NCBI RefSeq assembly: GCF_009834535.1
Contig: NC_045696.1
Span: forward strand, 113,214,001 to 113,278,000
Origin: Camelus ferus
Lineage: Eukaryota
Direction: 5' to 3'
Length of the DNA stretch: 64,000 bases
Shown: piece after piece, positions 1 through 12,537 of the stretch
Layout of the letters: each line of letters begins with the position of its first letter
How positions within the stretch are numbered: the first letter of the stretch is position 1
Program-made: the position numbers and the translations under genes
Notes under the pieces: model-generated
Seen by the model: the letters and a program-made list of their open reading frames with translations, nothing else
What the model was told of the DNA's origin: nothing
The model's database searches: none

Positions 1-1175
1 TTCCCTCCTCTTAAGTTTTTGGGAAGATTTTGAAAAGGATTAGTGTTAATTCTTTCTTAAATAGTTGGTAGAATTTACCAGTGAAGCCAGATGGCCCAGA
101 GCTTTTCTTTTTGGGAAGTTATAAAAATATTGTTTCAATCTCTTTACTTGTTATTGGCCTGTTCAGATTTTCCATTTCTTCATGAGTCATCTTGGTAAAC
201 TGTAATTATGTAGAAATTTATCCATTTCTTTTAGGTGATCTGATTTGTAGGTGTATGATTGTTCACAGCAGTTTCTTATCCTTTATATTTCTGTGATATG
301 TTATAATGTCTCTTTTCATTTATAATTTTATTTGAGTCCTCCTTTTTAGTTTTTGGTTAGTCTAGTCAAAGATTTGTCAATTTTGTTTATCTTTTTCTTT
401 AATTTCTATTTTTGTTAATCTTTTCTATTGTCTTTCTAGTCTCTATTTCATTTATATCTGCTCTAATCTTTATTACTTCTTTCCTTCTGATAACTTTGGG
501 TTTAGTTTGTTCTTCTTTTCTTAGTCTTTTGAAATGTAAATTTCAGTTGTTTGTGATCTTTCTTTTTTTCTTAATATAGTTGTTTATCACTATAAACTTC
601 CCTCCTAGAAATGCTGTTGCTGCATTTTATAAGTTTTGATATGTTGTTATTTCCATATTCACTTGTCTCAAAATGCTTTTCGATTTCCCTTTGATTTCTT
701 CTTTAACCTATTGGTTGTTCAGGAATGTGTTGTTTGATTTCCATATATTGATGAATTTTCCTATCTTCTTCCTGTTATTGATTTATAGTTTCATAGCATT
801 ATTGTCAGATATTATACTTGATATGATTTCAGCCTTCTTAAATTTGTTAAGACTTGTTTTGTGGCCCAACATATGATCTCTCCTGGAGAATGATCTTTCC
901 AGGAGAATGTGAGAAAAATGTGTATTCTGCTATTGGTTGAAATGTTCTGTATGTATCTGTTAGGTTCATTTGGTTTATAGTATTATTCATGTCCACTGTT
1001 TTCTTACTGATTTTCAGTCTGAATGATTTATCCATTGATGAAGGTAAAGTATTAAAGCCCCCTCCTTTTGTTGTATTGCTGTCTAATTTTCCCCTCAGGT
1101 CTATTAATATTTGCTTTGTATATTTAAGTGCTCCAATGTTGGGTGCATATATATTACAGTGGTTATATCTGCTTG
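1..1175 (-). mobile_element. Degenerate LINE-1 ORF2 fragment (endonuclease region and downstream)
   Basis: Minus-strand ORF 847..1035 (MDKSFRLKISKKTVDMNNTINQMNLTDTYRTFQPIAEYTFFS) resembles the L1 ORF2 endonuclease segment. The plus strand is T-rich, as typical of antisense L1. Confidence 0.9.
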
Positions 1176-2639
1176 ATGAGTTGTTTTGTTTAGGAAATAA
1201 TTTTCTTGATTTCCAAGTAATTGCAGTTTTTCTTTTTATATATGTCTGCTTTTCTTTCTTTTTTAAATTTCTAAGTTGATTGTATTATGGGAAGATTATT
1301 TTGTCTCTAGGATTTTTACTTAATTTCTACCCTTGAAAAATTTCTTTCTCAGAAAACACTAGTCACATTTTATAATTATTTTGTTTTTATTTTGGTATTC
1401 TCTAATTACTCTCTTTTTGGTTATGACATTTGATATGTAATTCTAGATTAACATTATTAACAACATTTTAATATTCCTTCTTATTTTATATTTATTTAAT
1501 CCTTCAAGGAATGCAAGGTATGTTAAGGTCTTCATCTTCTATTGTGTTTCCATTTATTTTGCCTTGAACATTCTTCACTTTAATTTCATGTTACTGTGTT
1601 GTGTTACTTGGAGCATAAAAATTCATAAGAGTCATATTTTCTACTTCATAAATAATTTTAAGGCAGATGGAGACTGAAGAATTGGGCCAACAAGCAGTTT
1701 TTCTAAGCAGTTTTATCTGAGAAAATCTCATAGTTGAAAACTTCTCAAGGGGTACAAGGAGCTGATGAAAGTGTACTTGTGAGTGAGCCAAGAACAAATG
1801 TATGTAGTAATAAGATGCTTTATTAATTAGGAAAAATGTTAAGAGGATATATGTGCTTTTTGGTATTTTAATGCCTTCTTCCCAGAGTTTGGTTCTTCTG
1901 GTTATGTGATAAAAGGCAGCAATGTATCTTGTCTATGAATCCAGCAACTAGCACAGTGCTTTGCCCTTGCTCTTGGTAGATATTTTGGTAATAGTTGTGA
2001 ACGAATGAATGAGTGAGTGTAGAAGTAGCAAAATATGTTGCAGACTGGGGTAATTAGTACAGTATTTGTGCCACTATTCGGCCAAACATGCCACTCCTTA
2101 CAAGGCAGTCTGTTGTGTTCCATATTTCTTCAACATTTTTCAGACTCACCCTAGGAGCAAGCTCATAATATACTGATCATTCCTCTTGAATATGTACAGA
2201 TTTCTTGTTTAATTTATGATCCCAACAGAGAAGGCATGACAGGCATAGCAGAGATGGGCGCCTGTAGGCCTGGCCACTCTCTAGTTTCTGGGTCAGAGGT
2301 GAGCAGCCCTGCCAAAGAGGTCGAGTCCCAAAGTGGAAGAGACAAGTTGTTCTTGTGATGAAGCAGGTCACATCCCTCTTAGAGTTAAGTTTCTCATATT
2401 GTCATGTGATAATACTAACCAAGTACTGGTTAAGAATAATCCTTTTTTTTTAATATGTAAAAATATAGAAGGGGAGAAAACAAAGCATATGCGAAAAAAT
2501 CAGGGTTTAAATCTAGGAGGACAGATTTTAATTTTAATTGTTTTCCTCTTTTATACTATCTGTGCTCACAAACATTTCTGTATGATCAGGTGTAATTTTT
2601 ATGCTGAAAAGTATTTTTTTTAATTCAATCCTTTGAAGT

Positions 2640-3015
2640 CTTCCATTTGACTACCCTTCAGCTTGAGGACTATAATTTCTCACACATGCTCAGAGGAGCA
2701 GTCCTGTGGCGTTGGACTCAGAGTGCTAAGAAAGGGCTCCAACCAGCTGTGCTGGAACCCCTGTGGTATGCAGAGACTGCTTCTGGTAATGCTGAAAGAG
2801 ACCTGAGTCTGCAGCCCACAGCCACTGCTGGCAGGGACTCACAGGGGCACGAAGAAGAGAGGGAAGGAAGGGCCCCCTCTCTTCCCACCTTGCAGTCTCC
2901 CTCTAGTGCCCCCTATTGGCAGAATCAAATAGAACACCCTCAGGGGAGGCATTGTGGGAAAGAGTTTGTCCCAGAATCACAGAGTAGAGAGTAGAAGGGT
3001 GTATTTGGACCTGGG
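2640..3015. mobile_element. Probable ancient LTR remnant (LTR41-like) carrying a CTCF-like motif
   Basis: Resemblance by eye only; contains tagtgccccctattggcagaat. Confidence 0.4.
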
Positions 3016-3744
3016 TGGGGAGGACGGGACAGGTAACAAACTGGCACTCAATTTGGGGGTTGGAAATTCTGTGGTTTGGTAAGTCACAGTCAGCCAGCTT
3101 TATCCTTTGTACCATTCCACCTTTCCTTTGAACAACTATTGATGTCCCAAATTTCCAGATATCCCTTAGCTTTTCTTTATTAAGAGAATATTCATTGGTA
3201 ATCCCTTTATAAACTTTTCTGAGCATTAATACAAGATTGAGCCTGGTGGTACATGGAGGGTCCATTCATTCTCACACCCTCCTACCCAGTTGGTACATTT
3301 CCAAGACTTAGTCTCATGAGCTCAACCACAAAATAATGGGAATAATATCCTCAATCAAATGGATTGTTAATAGAACTTCTAATTTTATGAACATTCACAT
3401 AACCTGTACTGAACTCAGAAAATGTCTCACATCTAACAAGAAATGTTTGCGTCCACTTAGGTAATATGTGCCTCGCTGATACTGGGCTGGGCAGGGGAGG
3501 GAGTTTCAGATTCACCAGGAGTGGACTTTGCAAATAATTTGTGTCAGCCTGACCAGACCTTGTGTTCTATATGTTAAAATTTCAGCTACCTGATATTCTG
3601 AGCTAGAAATACCATGTTTTTCAAAAATATCTCATAGGTGCAAGGGTTGCTCAGTTTTTGCCTTCAGCAGAGAGTGACATAGACCATTAGTTGTCAGGAC
3701 CTTCCACTCAGAAAAGATTGAAGCTCAGATTCTTCAAGAACACA

Positions 3745-4365
3745 CTTGGCTTAGAGGTCAAGAGGCATAACTTTGAGTCTCGATTTTCCCATTTACCAAT
3801 GGTCATCTTTAGACATTTAACATCTGAGTCTCAGTGTCCTCATTTGTAAAAGATATAATAAATTGAAGTTGTGGGCATTGTATGAAATGATCCATGTGAA
3901 AAAGCACCGTAACCTTTATTCCTGTGAGAGGCAGTCAAGTGCAGTCATTTCGAGCAAAATGTCTGGACGCACAATACCTGGGTTCAATTCCTGGCCCTCC
4001 CACTTAAAAATCTTTACAACCTTGGGCAAAGAAGTCACATCTCCTAGTGGAGAAGGTATAGCTCAAGTGGTAGAGCACATGCTTAGCATGCATGAGGTCC
4101 TGGGTTCAATCCCCAGTACCTCTTGAAAATATAAATAAACAAATAAACCCAATTACCTCCGCTTCATAAAACAAAAGAAAAAAAAGCAGAAGTCACATCT
4201 CCTAATTTTAGATCCTCCAACTTTTATGATTAGGTGGTACCACCTACATCACAGGTTGCTGAGAATAATAAAGGAGGTGGTTTATGTAGGACACTTGGCA
4301 GGATGGAAAGCACATAGTAAGCACTCAGTAAATGTCAGATGTATGACTGTTATTGCCTTTATGAT
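3745..4365 (+). mobile_element. Two adjacent MIR fragments, the second interrupted by a Vic-1-like SINE
   Basis: MIR-like motifs: ctcagtgtcctcatttgtaaaa, cctgggttcaattcctggc, accttgggcaa, gcacatagtaagcactcagtaaatgt. Confidence 0.7.
4047..4187 (+). mobile_element. Camelid tRNA-Ala-derived SINE (Vic-1-like) with 17-bp TSD
   Basis: A-box (tagctcaagtgg), B-box (ggttcaatccc) and A-rich tail. TSD agaagtcacatctccta at 4030-4046 and 4188-4204. Confidence 0.92.
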
Positions 4366-7044
4366 TATCATTATTATTAGCCCACCTTTAAGGGAACCCT
4401 ATGCACATGCGCAAGATACATGGTGATTAACACAGCAATGTGTTAACCCAAGTACCCCAAGTACTTATTGTCTTTTTTTTCCTCTGCTCAATTTTATTGA
4501 ACCCACAAGTAGAAACCCTTTAGATATGTTGTAGATCTTACTGCAAAGCCAAGGGCCATATGTGGTGGCTCCTGCCTTGGAATTAAGAAGAGGCAGTTGC
4601 AGGCACACATTCATACTCATTTCAGGTGAGATCTGCATTATTTCTTTGATTTTTTTTTTTTTTAGAAACTAGCTGATTTCCCTTTCCCTGGAAATCTTTC
4701 TTTTCAAATCACATGAATCTGTTTTTCCCCCAAAAATCACACAATTCATTTTTATCTATGGCAGGTAAGTCCACCAATACAAGTTGGTGACCAAGGCCCA
4801 CTCTCTTTCCTTTTCATACAAGAAAACAGGTAGGAAAGTGGGTCTTGTTTACAATAAACGATGACTCTGGGGATGGTTCAATTGAAATGTTCCATCTCAC
4901 ATCTATAAAAATCATTTTTGGACCAAGAAAATGTGGTGTTTGAGGGAAAGTAGATGTGAAAAATATTGATTTAAATGATCTCTCACTAAGAAAGCACCAC
5001 TTAAAATCCCAACAGAGACCATTCAAATGGCCACCATTAACTGTTGCAACACAGCTTAAAAGAGTCCACTTTACAAAAGCTCCTGTCCCCAGAGAAGCGG
5101 GTTGTCCCCTTAACAAATCTCTTTTACATGGTGTCACGCTACAGGATGGAAATTCCAGGCTTTCCTAATGTTACGAATTATTTTATAAAAAACTGCACCC
5201 TGACAAATGTATGCCTAGTACGACGCCCTTTTTACAGACCTCCCCCTGCAGGAAGTAAACCAAGTTCTCAGCAGACAGCAATGACGCTTGGGGAACACTC
5301 CACCCCCTTCCCCACCCGATGCCCCACCCCAACTACCCTGAGAAGTAAACACAGCTTCCCCTGCCAGCTCTTCTCTCCTGCACAACAAAATAACCAGGAC
5401 CCCATGCAATTAAGTCTCTAGTAGCCAGTCCTCAACTTGCCAGAACCCTTGATGAACCAAGCATAACAGTAACAACTCAGATATCGAGCACTTACTATGC
5501 GTGAGACACCACCCTAAGCACTTTCCTTGTATGAACTCAGTCGGTCCTCGTAACATCTCTGCAAAGGTCATATTACCTTCTTTTTGTAGGACAATTGTTC
5601 AAATAACATAAAAACAAGCCAATGTAGGTATTCTGTCCAGGTATCCAGATTGCAAGGTCAGAATGCTGTCAGCCCAGTCACCTACACTTTCTACAAGCCC
5701 CATTCAGAAACACACTCAGTTCATACCTGGGTCTGGACCAGCAAGATGGCGTAACCCCTGTGCAGGTTGGAGGGAGGATTTGCAGAGCATCTGTGTTTGG
5801 TAGAGTTGGGTTTTTTTAGTTGCTCTTTCCCTCCTGCACACTTCCACGGCCCTCCGCGCTTCTGACAGTGCCAGGTACAGCCTCCTCCGGTTACAACTGC
5901 CTGTGCGAGCTCTGTCGTCCCTACCAGGCCGAGCTTACTGGACGGGAAGGAGGACAGCTTAGTCATCCTTGTGCCCATCGAGGCACCCAGCTCGGGGATG
6001 CGTGGGCGGGAAGCAGTATGGCTCAGTGATTAAGAGCACTGGCTCTGGGTTGACATTCGACTCCTCCTCTCACCAGCTGGAGGGCAAAGTTTCTCCATCC
6101 CTCTAACCCTCTGTTTCATCAATGAGCAGAAACAACCCTGAGTGTCCCTTCCTTCAAACAGCCCTGTGATTAATGACATAATGCCCGTTTCCTCCTTGGG
6201 AATTCTCTGGACACACAGCGGTCCCCAAGAGTCCTTGTATCACAGCATCGCTCACATCTTAGAGATTCCCTAATGAGGATGTTGAAGCCAGGACTCCAGG
6301 TAGCTTCCTGACATTAATTGGACCAGACGCTCTGGGCTTGGGTGAGCATGTTGTCAAGGCTATGAGCAGAGAAACGGGCAGAAGAGCCGGAGGAAGGTTT
6401 CCCCCCTTGGTAGCCTAACGGGGTGTGCTGCTGAGCTCCTGGGGAGGGGGGGATGGTCCTTTAGAGTTGCTGCTCTCCATCATTTTAATCACAACATGCT
6501 GTTATTGGCCCATACCTGTGGTTAGACAACCAGAGCATCAGCTAGTTGGAGGGAGGTTCACACGGCTGCAGCCAAGCAGGATCTCAGGTCACAGCTGCAG
6601 ACAAACCCACCTCTGCAATGTGCAACACAGCTGGCCACCCATCAGTAGATGGTAGATGTCAGCACGGCTGAAGTTTTCCTTGGCATTCTAACTTCCAAAG
6701 TGTCAGTTCTATGTAAAGACCAGTTTCATACGAAGTGGCTGCTTCTTTCCCAAAACAGCTAGTCCCAAAAAAGACCAGAATTTGGGAAAGTGTTGAAATT
6801 ATTAAGAGAAAGCCATTTAGTCCAAGTAAGTTACTCTTGACTTAAACCTTGATCAAGAGTTTTAAGTTACATTATTGACTAATAGATGTCTCTGGAAGCA
6901 AGTAAGGGCTAAGGAAGACTCCCACCTCTGAGTCCAAACCCAAGCCAGAAAAAATCCACCTGCCTGATAGGAAATAATAATAGCCTATGTTTCTTTTTCA
7001 GCTTTAAATGTGACAATCTGTGATGCTTCATTTAAGTGAGCATT

Positions 7045-7275
7045 TTTAAGTTTTATTGAGACATAATTTACATAACAAGGTTCACCCATTTGAAGTGCAC
7101 AATTCAGTGGGCTTTAGTACATTTACAGAGTTGTGCAACTACCACCATAGTCTCATTTGAGGACATTTTCATTACCCTGCAAAAAACCCGCTAGCAGTCA
7201 CTCCCCATCCCTGCACCAGCCCCACCCCTACTGCCCAGCCCCACATAACCACTAACCCACTTTCTGTCTCTAAAG
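7045..7275 (-). mobile_element. Old L1 (L1M-type) 3' end
   Basis: ttttattgagacataatttaca...ttcacccatttgaagtgcacaattcagtgg...gttgtgcaactaccacca is typical of antisense L1M 3' UTR. Confidence 0.8.
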
Positions 7276-7464
7276 GTGTGAATTTTTTTTAACCTAGAGA
7301 TTGCCTGGCAGTCCCTTCCCTTGACTTATAATTAGAATCAAATGATAAGTGTTCCTGCAAAATCTGTCATTTTTGAGAAAATTCATGTTCTTCATGCATC
7401 CTTGAGCCTTCCCTCCTCCATTCAGCCCCCACCTTTCATCACCACCTTCAGGCGTGACCATTGT

Positions 7465-7985
7465 TCTTCATTTAACAAGTGTATATTAAGAGCCACACAC
7501 CGTCTGAGCACTTGGGGTAATCCGTGAACAAAACAAAGACCCCTGACCTCAAGGAGTTTATTTCCCAGCAGAGGGAGACAAAACAATAAGCAACCACAAA
7601 CAGCGATAAAACCAGAAGTAAACTGTGCAGTGTGTTAAAAGATGATGCTACATACTGTGGAAAGAAGAAAGAGCAGGGCAGGATAAGGGATGCTGGGAAG
7701 GCCAGTGCACAGGGAAGGGGCAGGTTACAGCAGGGACCAGGAGGTCAAGGTGGACATCCATGAGAAGTTAAGGTTTGCAAGACTTAGTGGAGGTGAGGGA
7801 GGGACTGAGCAGGTATCTGCAAGACGAGCATTTCAGGCAGAGGAACAATCCTGGTGCCAGGGCTGTCTGGTGGGGGCACGGATGACATGTTCCAGGAGGT
7901 TGGTGGAGCTGAAATGGGGAGAGAAGCAGAACACGACAGAGAGGCGAGCAGGGCAGAACTCAGGGATCATGCCAGGGTTTTGATG
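7465..7985 (-). mobile_element. L2 3' fragment
   Basis: ttcatttaacaa...gtgaacaaaacaaagacccctgacctcaaggagttta...gagacaaaacaataa and gcatttcaggcagaggaaca are L2-like motifs. Confidence 0.75.
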
Positions 7986-8106
7986 CGAGGCCGCCACTAG
8001 CTGAATTATATCCCCAAAGGGCCACTCTGCTTGTTGAGAAGAGATTAGGAGGGAACAAGAGCAGAGTGGGCAGACCTCCCGGGTGCTATTTTAGATCCAC
8101 TTTCTG

Positions 8107-8268
8107 GCCGGGGTTCTCAACATCGCTTGCACCTCCGAATGGCCCAAGCAGCTTGACAAAACCGAGGCCCGAGTTCCCAAACACCACGCGGCGTGGGGTG
8201 CTTCCTGCGCGCTGGGACTCAGCACAGCCGCCGGGTGATGCGACCGAGCAGCGCGGGTTGACCATTAG
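8107..8268. mobile_element. MER5-like hAT DNA transposon remnant, unusually CpG-rich
   Basis: Starts ggggttctcaac...tgcacctccgaat and ends ccgggtgatgcgaccgagcagcgcgggttgacca, paralleling the MER5A termini. Confidence 0.5.
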
Positions 8269-9269
8269 AGTTTTAGGCGAGCTAAGCGGTCCCACCGGTT
8301 TGACTTTGCAGCTGGGAGACAAAAACTCAGGCAGAGCCATGCTAGGAGGCGACCAGAGCCTCACTGCTATGGCGGGGACTGAAGTGGTACCGCAGACAGT
8401 GCGCAAACGGGGCCAGGGGCCAGATAGGGCTCCTGGACCATCAGACCTGGAGGAGGTCAAGCCCTGTTCTTTGGCTTGGATGCAAACATGAGCCTGGATG
8501 AGAGAGCCAGGCTCCTCCCTACTCCTGACAGAGGGCTGGCTGTACTATATCAGGGCAGAATAGAAGGATAAGATTTGAACCTCAGGAAGTAGATATGTGA
8601 TTCACTCCACAGGCATCTTTTTTTTTTTTTTTTTAAAGAATCATCGTGACAGTGTGCCAGGCATTGTGCAAGGAGCGGCTAATAAAAAGATAAGGTCTGA
8701 CCGCCCTGGCCAAAGCCAAATGACTCAGGGTCAACACCATATAATATTTCCAAAGGTGTTATTTGTGGGAAGGCTTTAATAAGCCAAAGGGGCTGGGGCG
8801 GGAGGACTTTGGTTGTATATCTGAGCTGTTGGCATTTCTAATTCGGGGGGGTGAATAGAACATTACTGTGTCTCCCCGGCACAAGTACAGCAGGAAAAAA
8901 AGATGCCTGGAGCCGCGAGCCAAACATGACTCAGCAATCTCCTATTGTTCAGAAAATAATCGCAATGCTAGGAGTAGGGAATTTAAGAATTGTGCAGAAA
9001 TGCCCCTCCTCCCACCCCCCACCCCCAGCAGGAAACAGACACTGGGTAAAACATCACTTCTTGTTTTTGGATTCCTGAACTGAAAGGAATGTAAAAAACT
9101 TGGAGAGGATTTAGGGAAAGCTGATTTGTGAATATGGAAAACACAACCCATAAGAAATGAGAGATGATTGAGAGGCAGCGTTGGCCACCTCTCAGCAGTG
9201 GCAGGACCAAGTGAGTGTCTATGGTCTCTGGTGAGCAGAAGGTGGAGCTGCCCTGGTTCCGGTACCTAA

Positions 9270-9435
9270 TGAATGTTCCTGGAGGGGTTGTGAAAACACA
9301 GCCTGCTGGACCTCACCCTCAGAGGCTCTGATTCCGTGGGTCCGGGGTACAGCCTGAGAACCTGCATTTCTGATGAGCTCCCAGGTGAGGCTGATGCTGC
9401 TAATCTGAAACCACACGGGGCAACTCTGCTCAAGG
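9270..9435. mobile_element. MER5-family hAT element
   Basis: ctgattccgtgggtccggggtacagcctgagaacctgcatttctgatgagctcccaggtgaggctgatgctgct. Confidence 0.8.
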
Positions 9436-10007
9436 AAATAGGTGCATGGGGCAGGAGAGGCGGGGGAGGGTGGAAGGAGTGCAGAAATCCAGGTAAGGTG
9501 CAGCTGATGTGCTGGTGCCACAGCGGGTCCTTTAGTGTGTAGCTAATGGTTTTTGATTAGCAGAGTGTTTAGGATAAACCACACTGGCTGTCATGTTGCT
9601 ACCCAAGGAAACATGGCAAGAAGGAGGAAAAAAAGTTCTCTGCAGGCCTGTGGCAATCAGACAGGACAAAGGACAGCAGGGGCGTGGCCAGTGACTCCGA
9701 ATCACTGAGCACGTTTGTGGGCAGGGGTGAGCAGGTGATGACTTCAGGATAACAGGCTTGGGAGGGTGGCCCATCCCCACCTTCAGGTTGTACTTAAGTT
9801 CTTCTTGTACTTCTGGCCAGAGCAGAAGTTCTCAGCAGAATCAGTGGGGAAGCCTTTTCTAAGTACATGTGACCAGGCCCAGCCCTGGAGCAAGGCCTCC
9901 CCTCTGATTCCGCTGTGAACCCCTTCCTGGAGATTAAGGACAGCTTCTCCTGAGCCTCCAGGGTTGTACCCCATACTTACAAGTAAGCAGTTTGCAAAGC
10001 CAACCTC

Positions 10008-10515
10008 TTTGCTTTTTTTTTTTTTCCTTTTTTAATTGAAGACAATTCTGCATCAATGGTGTACAGCATAATGTTTCAGTCATACATATACATACATGTA
10101 TTCCTTGTCATATTCTTTTTCATTATAGGTATTGAATATAGTTCCCTGTACTATACAGTATAAACTTGTTGTTTATCTATTTTATATGTGGTAGTTAGTA
10201 TCTGCAAATCTTAAGCTCCCAATTTATCCCTTCCCACCCTCTTTCCCCAACGGTAACCACCAGTTTGTTCTCTATATCTGTGAGTCTGTTTCTGTTTTGT
10301 AAATAAATTCATTTGTATATTTTTTAAGAGTCCACATATAAGTGATATCATATGGTATTTTTCTTTCTCTTTCTGACTTACTTCACTTAGAATGATGATC
10401 TCCAAGTCCATCCATGTTGCTGCAAATGGCATTATTTTATTCTTTTTTATGGCTGAATAGTATTCCATTTATAAATATACCACAGAATCTTGATCCAGCT
10501 ATCTGTCAATGGACA
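10008..10515 (-). mobile_element. 5'-truncated lineage L1 3' end with TSD
   Basis: Poly-T followed by antisense L1 3' UTR; ORF MEYYSAIKKNKIMPFAATWMDLE (L1 ORF2 C-terminus). Near-perfect TSD tttgcaaagccaacctc / tttacaaagccaacttc. Confidence 0.92.
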
Positions 10516-10809
10516 TTTACAAAGCCAACTTCTCTGAAAATGCAAAACTCCTTCACATCATTGTGTCTTGTTTTCACTACAGGACTTAAGGGTCTCAAAT
10601 TTCAGGATACCTACTTAAAATGCAAGTGACCTTCAGGGAAGGAAACTGCCCAGCAATAGTGCCGGGTGCCTTGATAATCACCTCTTCACTGGTATGTTCT
10701 AGACCAGGCTGACTAGGCTGGTCAGGAATGGCAAGGCAGGGCCTGCCCGGTGTCTTGTGTAGCTCACCAAGATGGCACCTCAGTTTCCCTAACAGGTTCC
10801 CAAATGGTG

Positions 10810-10985
10810 TAGGCTGGTGGCTCCCAACATGTGGTTTCTGGAAAGTACAGTCCATCACCTGGGAACTTGTTAGAAACGCAGACTCCCAGATACCCTGGCC
10901 TCACACTACCACCAGATGGATTAAATCAGAAACACTGGGGACAGAGCCCAGCAATCTGTATTAAGGAGCCCTCCAGGTGCTCCCC
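10810..10985. mobile_element. MER5-family hAT element
   Basis: catcacctgggaacttgttagaaacgcagactcccag...aatcagaaacactgggg...cccagcaatctgt...ctgagaactgctgc. Confidence 0.8.
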
Positions 10986-11765
10986 AAACTCTGAGAACTG
11001 CTGCTTTATTTTATATGTAGCTTCTTGCTTCATATAAGTCAGAACTAGCACAGGATAGAAAAGCCAGCAACCAGCCATTTATAGGTTTGTTGAGCTACTC
11101 TTACAGGTATCCTAGCGTGTTTAACATCCCAGGCTCATGTGTCATGTTTTCACCTAGAATTAGCATCCAGCTCCCTCCTCGGCTCCCTTTGGTGTTCCCG
11201 CAGCTCCCAGGAATAATGTGACTTATCGCCTCCCCCTTCTAAGGCAGGGCTGCATTCTTTCACTTTTAGAGACTCCCTCACAACTTCCCCATATGATGGG
11301 GGCTCAGAAAACACTATTAAATGATGGTCAAGTCTTGTTTATTCCCAAGATAAGCTTAAATCCAGCAAAGATTTCGTTCTCTATTCTCTACTCCACTGCG
11401 TACACCAGGCAGACTTACTCAGCAGGATGAAAAGGGAAGGCCAGATTTTGTAGCCGTGGGCTTACAAAGAGTGAGGGCTGGAAAGAGGTCATGTAGACCT
11501 CAGACTTCCCCCTGATTCCCAGCACTGTAGCAGCTATGGTTCCCAAACTCTGTACCCAGGCACCCTGGGATTGCCACAGCAAACCCATATGAACACAATG
11601 GAATGTCTTTAATTTTTGAGGAAAACACAGACACCCTGCAAATACTACTATTAGGCCATTTGGACCTCCTTAGTAAACAGGATGTTTATTTCTTTCACGA
11701 GGGGTCACAGTGAAACAATTAGACACACCAAGAGTACCATGAAAGTTAAGAATTTCTGTGTGCTA

Positions 11766-11982
11766 CAAACTTATGGCTACCCAGGGGTTAAACGGGTGGA
11801 AAGGGATAAATTGGGAATTCGAAATTTGCACCTTCTGGGGAGTGATGGAGATGTTAGCTATCTTGATTGTGGTGGTGGTTTCATGGGTGTACACATCTAT
11901 CAAAATTCATCAAATTGTACACCTAATTGTACATCTGTAGTTTACTGTACAGGAACCATAGCACAATAAAGGTGTTAGAAAA
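11766..11982 (+). mobile_element. Short TSD-flanked L1-derived insertion, apparently chimeric
   Basis: 18-bp TSD with 1 mismatch: aagaatttctgtgtgcta (11748-11765) and aagaatttctgtgttcta (11983-12000). AATAAA at 11965. Confidence 0.8.
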
Positions 11983-12391
11983 AAGAATTTCTGTGTTCTA
12001 GAATCACCGACCCCAGGAGGAGGTGTATCTTGACTGTACTTTCTGGTCAGAATCATACATTTGAGCCAGCACATTTAAGGAAATACACATTCTAAATTTA
12101 ACTTAAAAGTCCAGGACGGGGTAACTGTAAGAAAATTGCATCCACATGAGTCTTTTAGGGGCTTCTTTTCTTTCTTACCTTCCTGCATAGATCTGTTCTT
12201 CCTAACTACCTGATTCAATCCTTCACCAAGGTTCCTGTGATTTTAAAAAACAAAAACAAGAAAACCCCAAAAACAAACTTTTCTTCATTACTTAAACACA
12301 ATGGATTAATTCTTATGAATTTGGGCTAATAATTGCTCTGGTGCATGCCTAGAAATCACCTTTGAAACAGATTGTTGAAAGGCAAAATTTA

Positions 12392-12537
12392 GGGGAGAGG
12401 GTAGATCTCAGTGGTAGAGCATGTGCTTAGTATGCACAAGGTCCTGGGTTCAATCCCCAGTGCCTCTTCTAAAAATAAATAAATAAACCTAATTACCTCC
12501 CCCCCAGCCAAGAATAAAAAAAGAAAGAAAGGAAGAT
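12392..12537 (+). mobile_element. Vic-1-like SINE
   Basis: tRNA-like head (ctcagtggtagagcatgtgcttagtatgc...gggttcaatccccag), aataaacctaattacctcccc body and A-rich tail. Confidence 0.92.

Noticed and set aside
11486..11500. Imperfect palindrome AGGTCA-tgt-AGACCT (ERE-like), and a search for a DR4 thyroid response element
   Set aside because: A single mismatched site is expected by chance in 64 kb, and no convincing DR4 was seen by eye.
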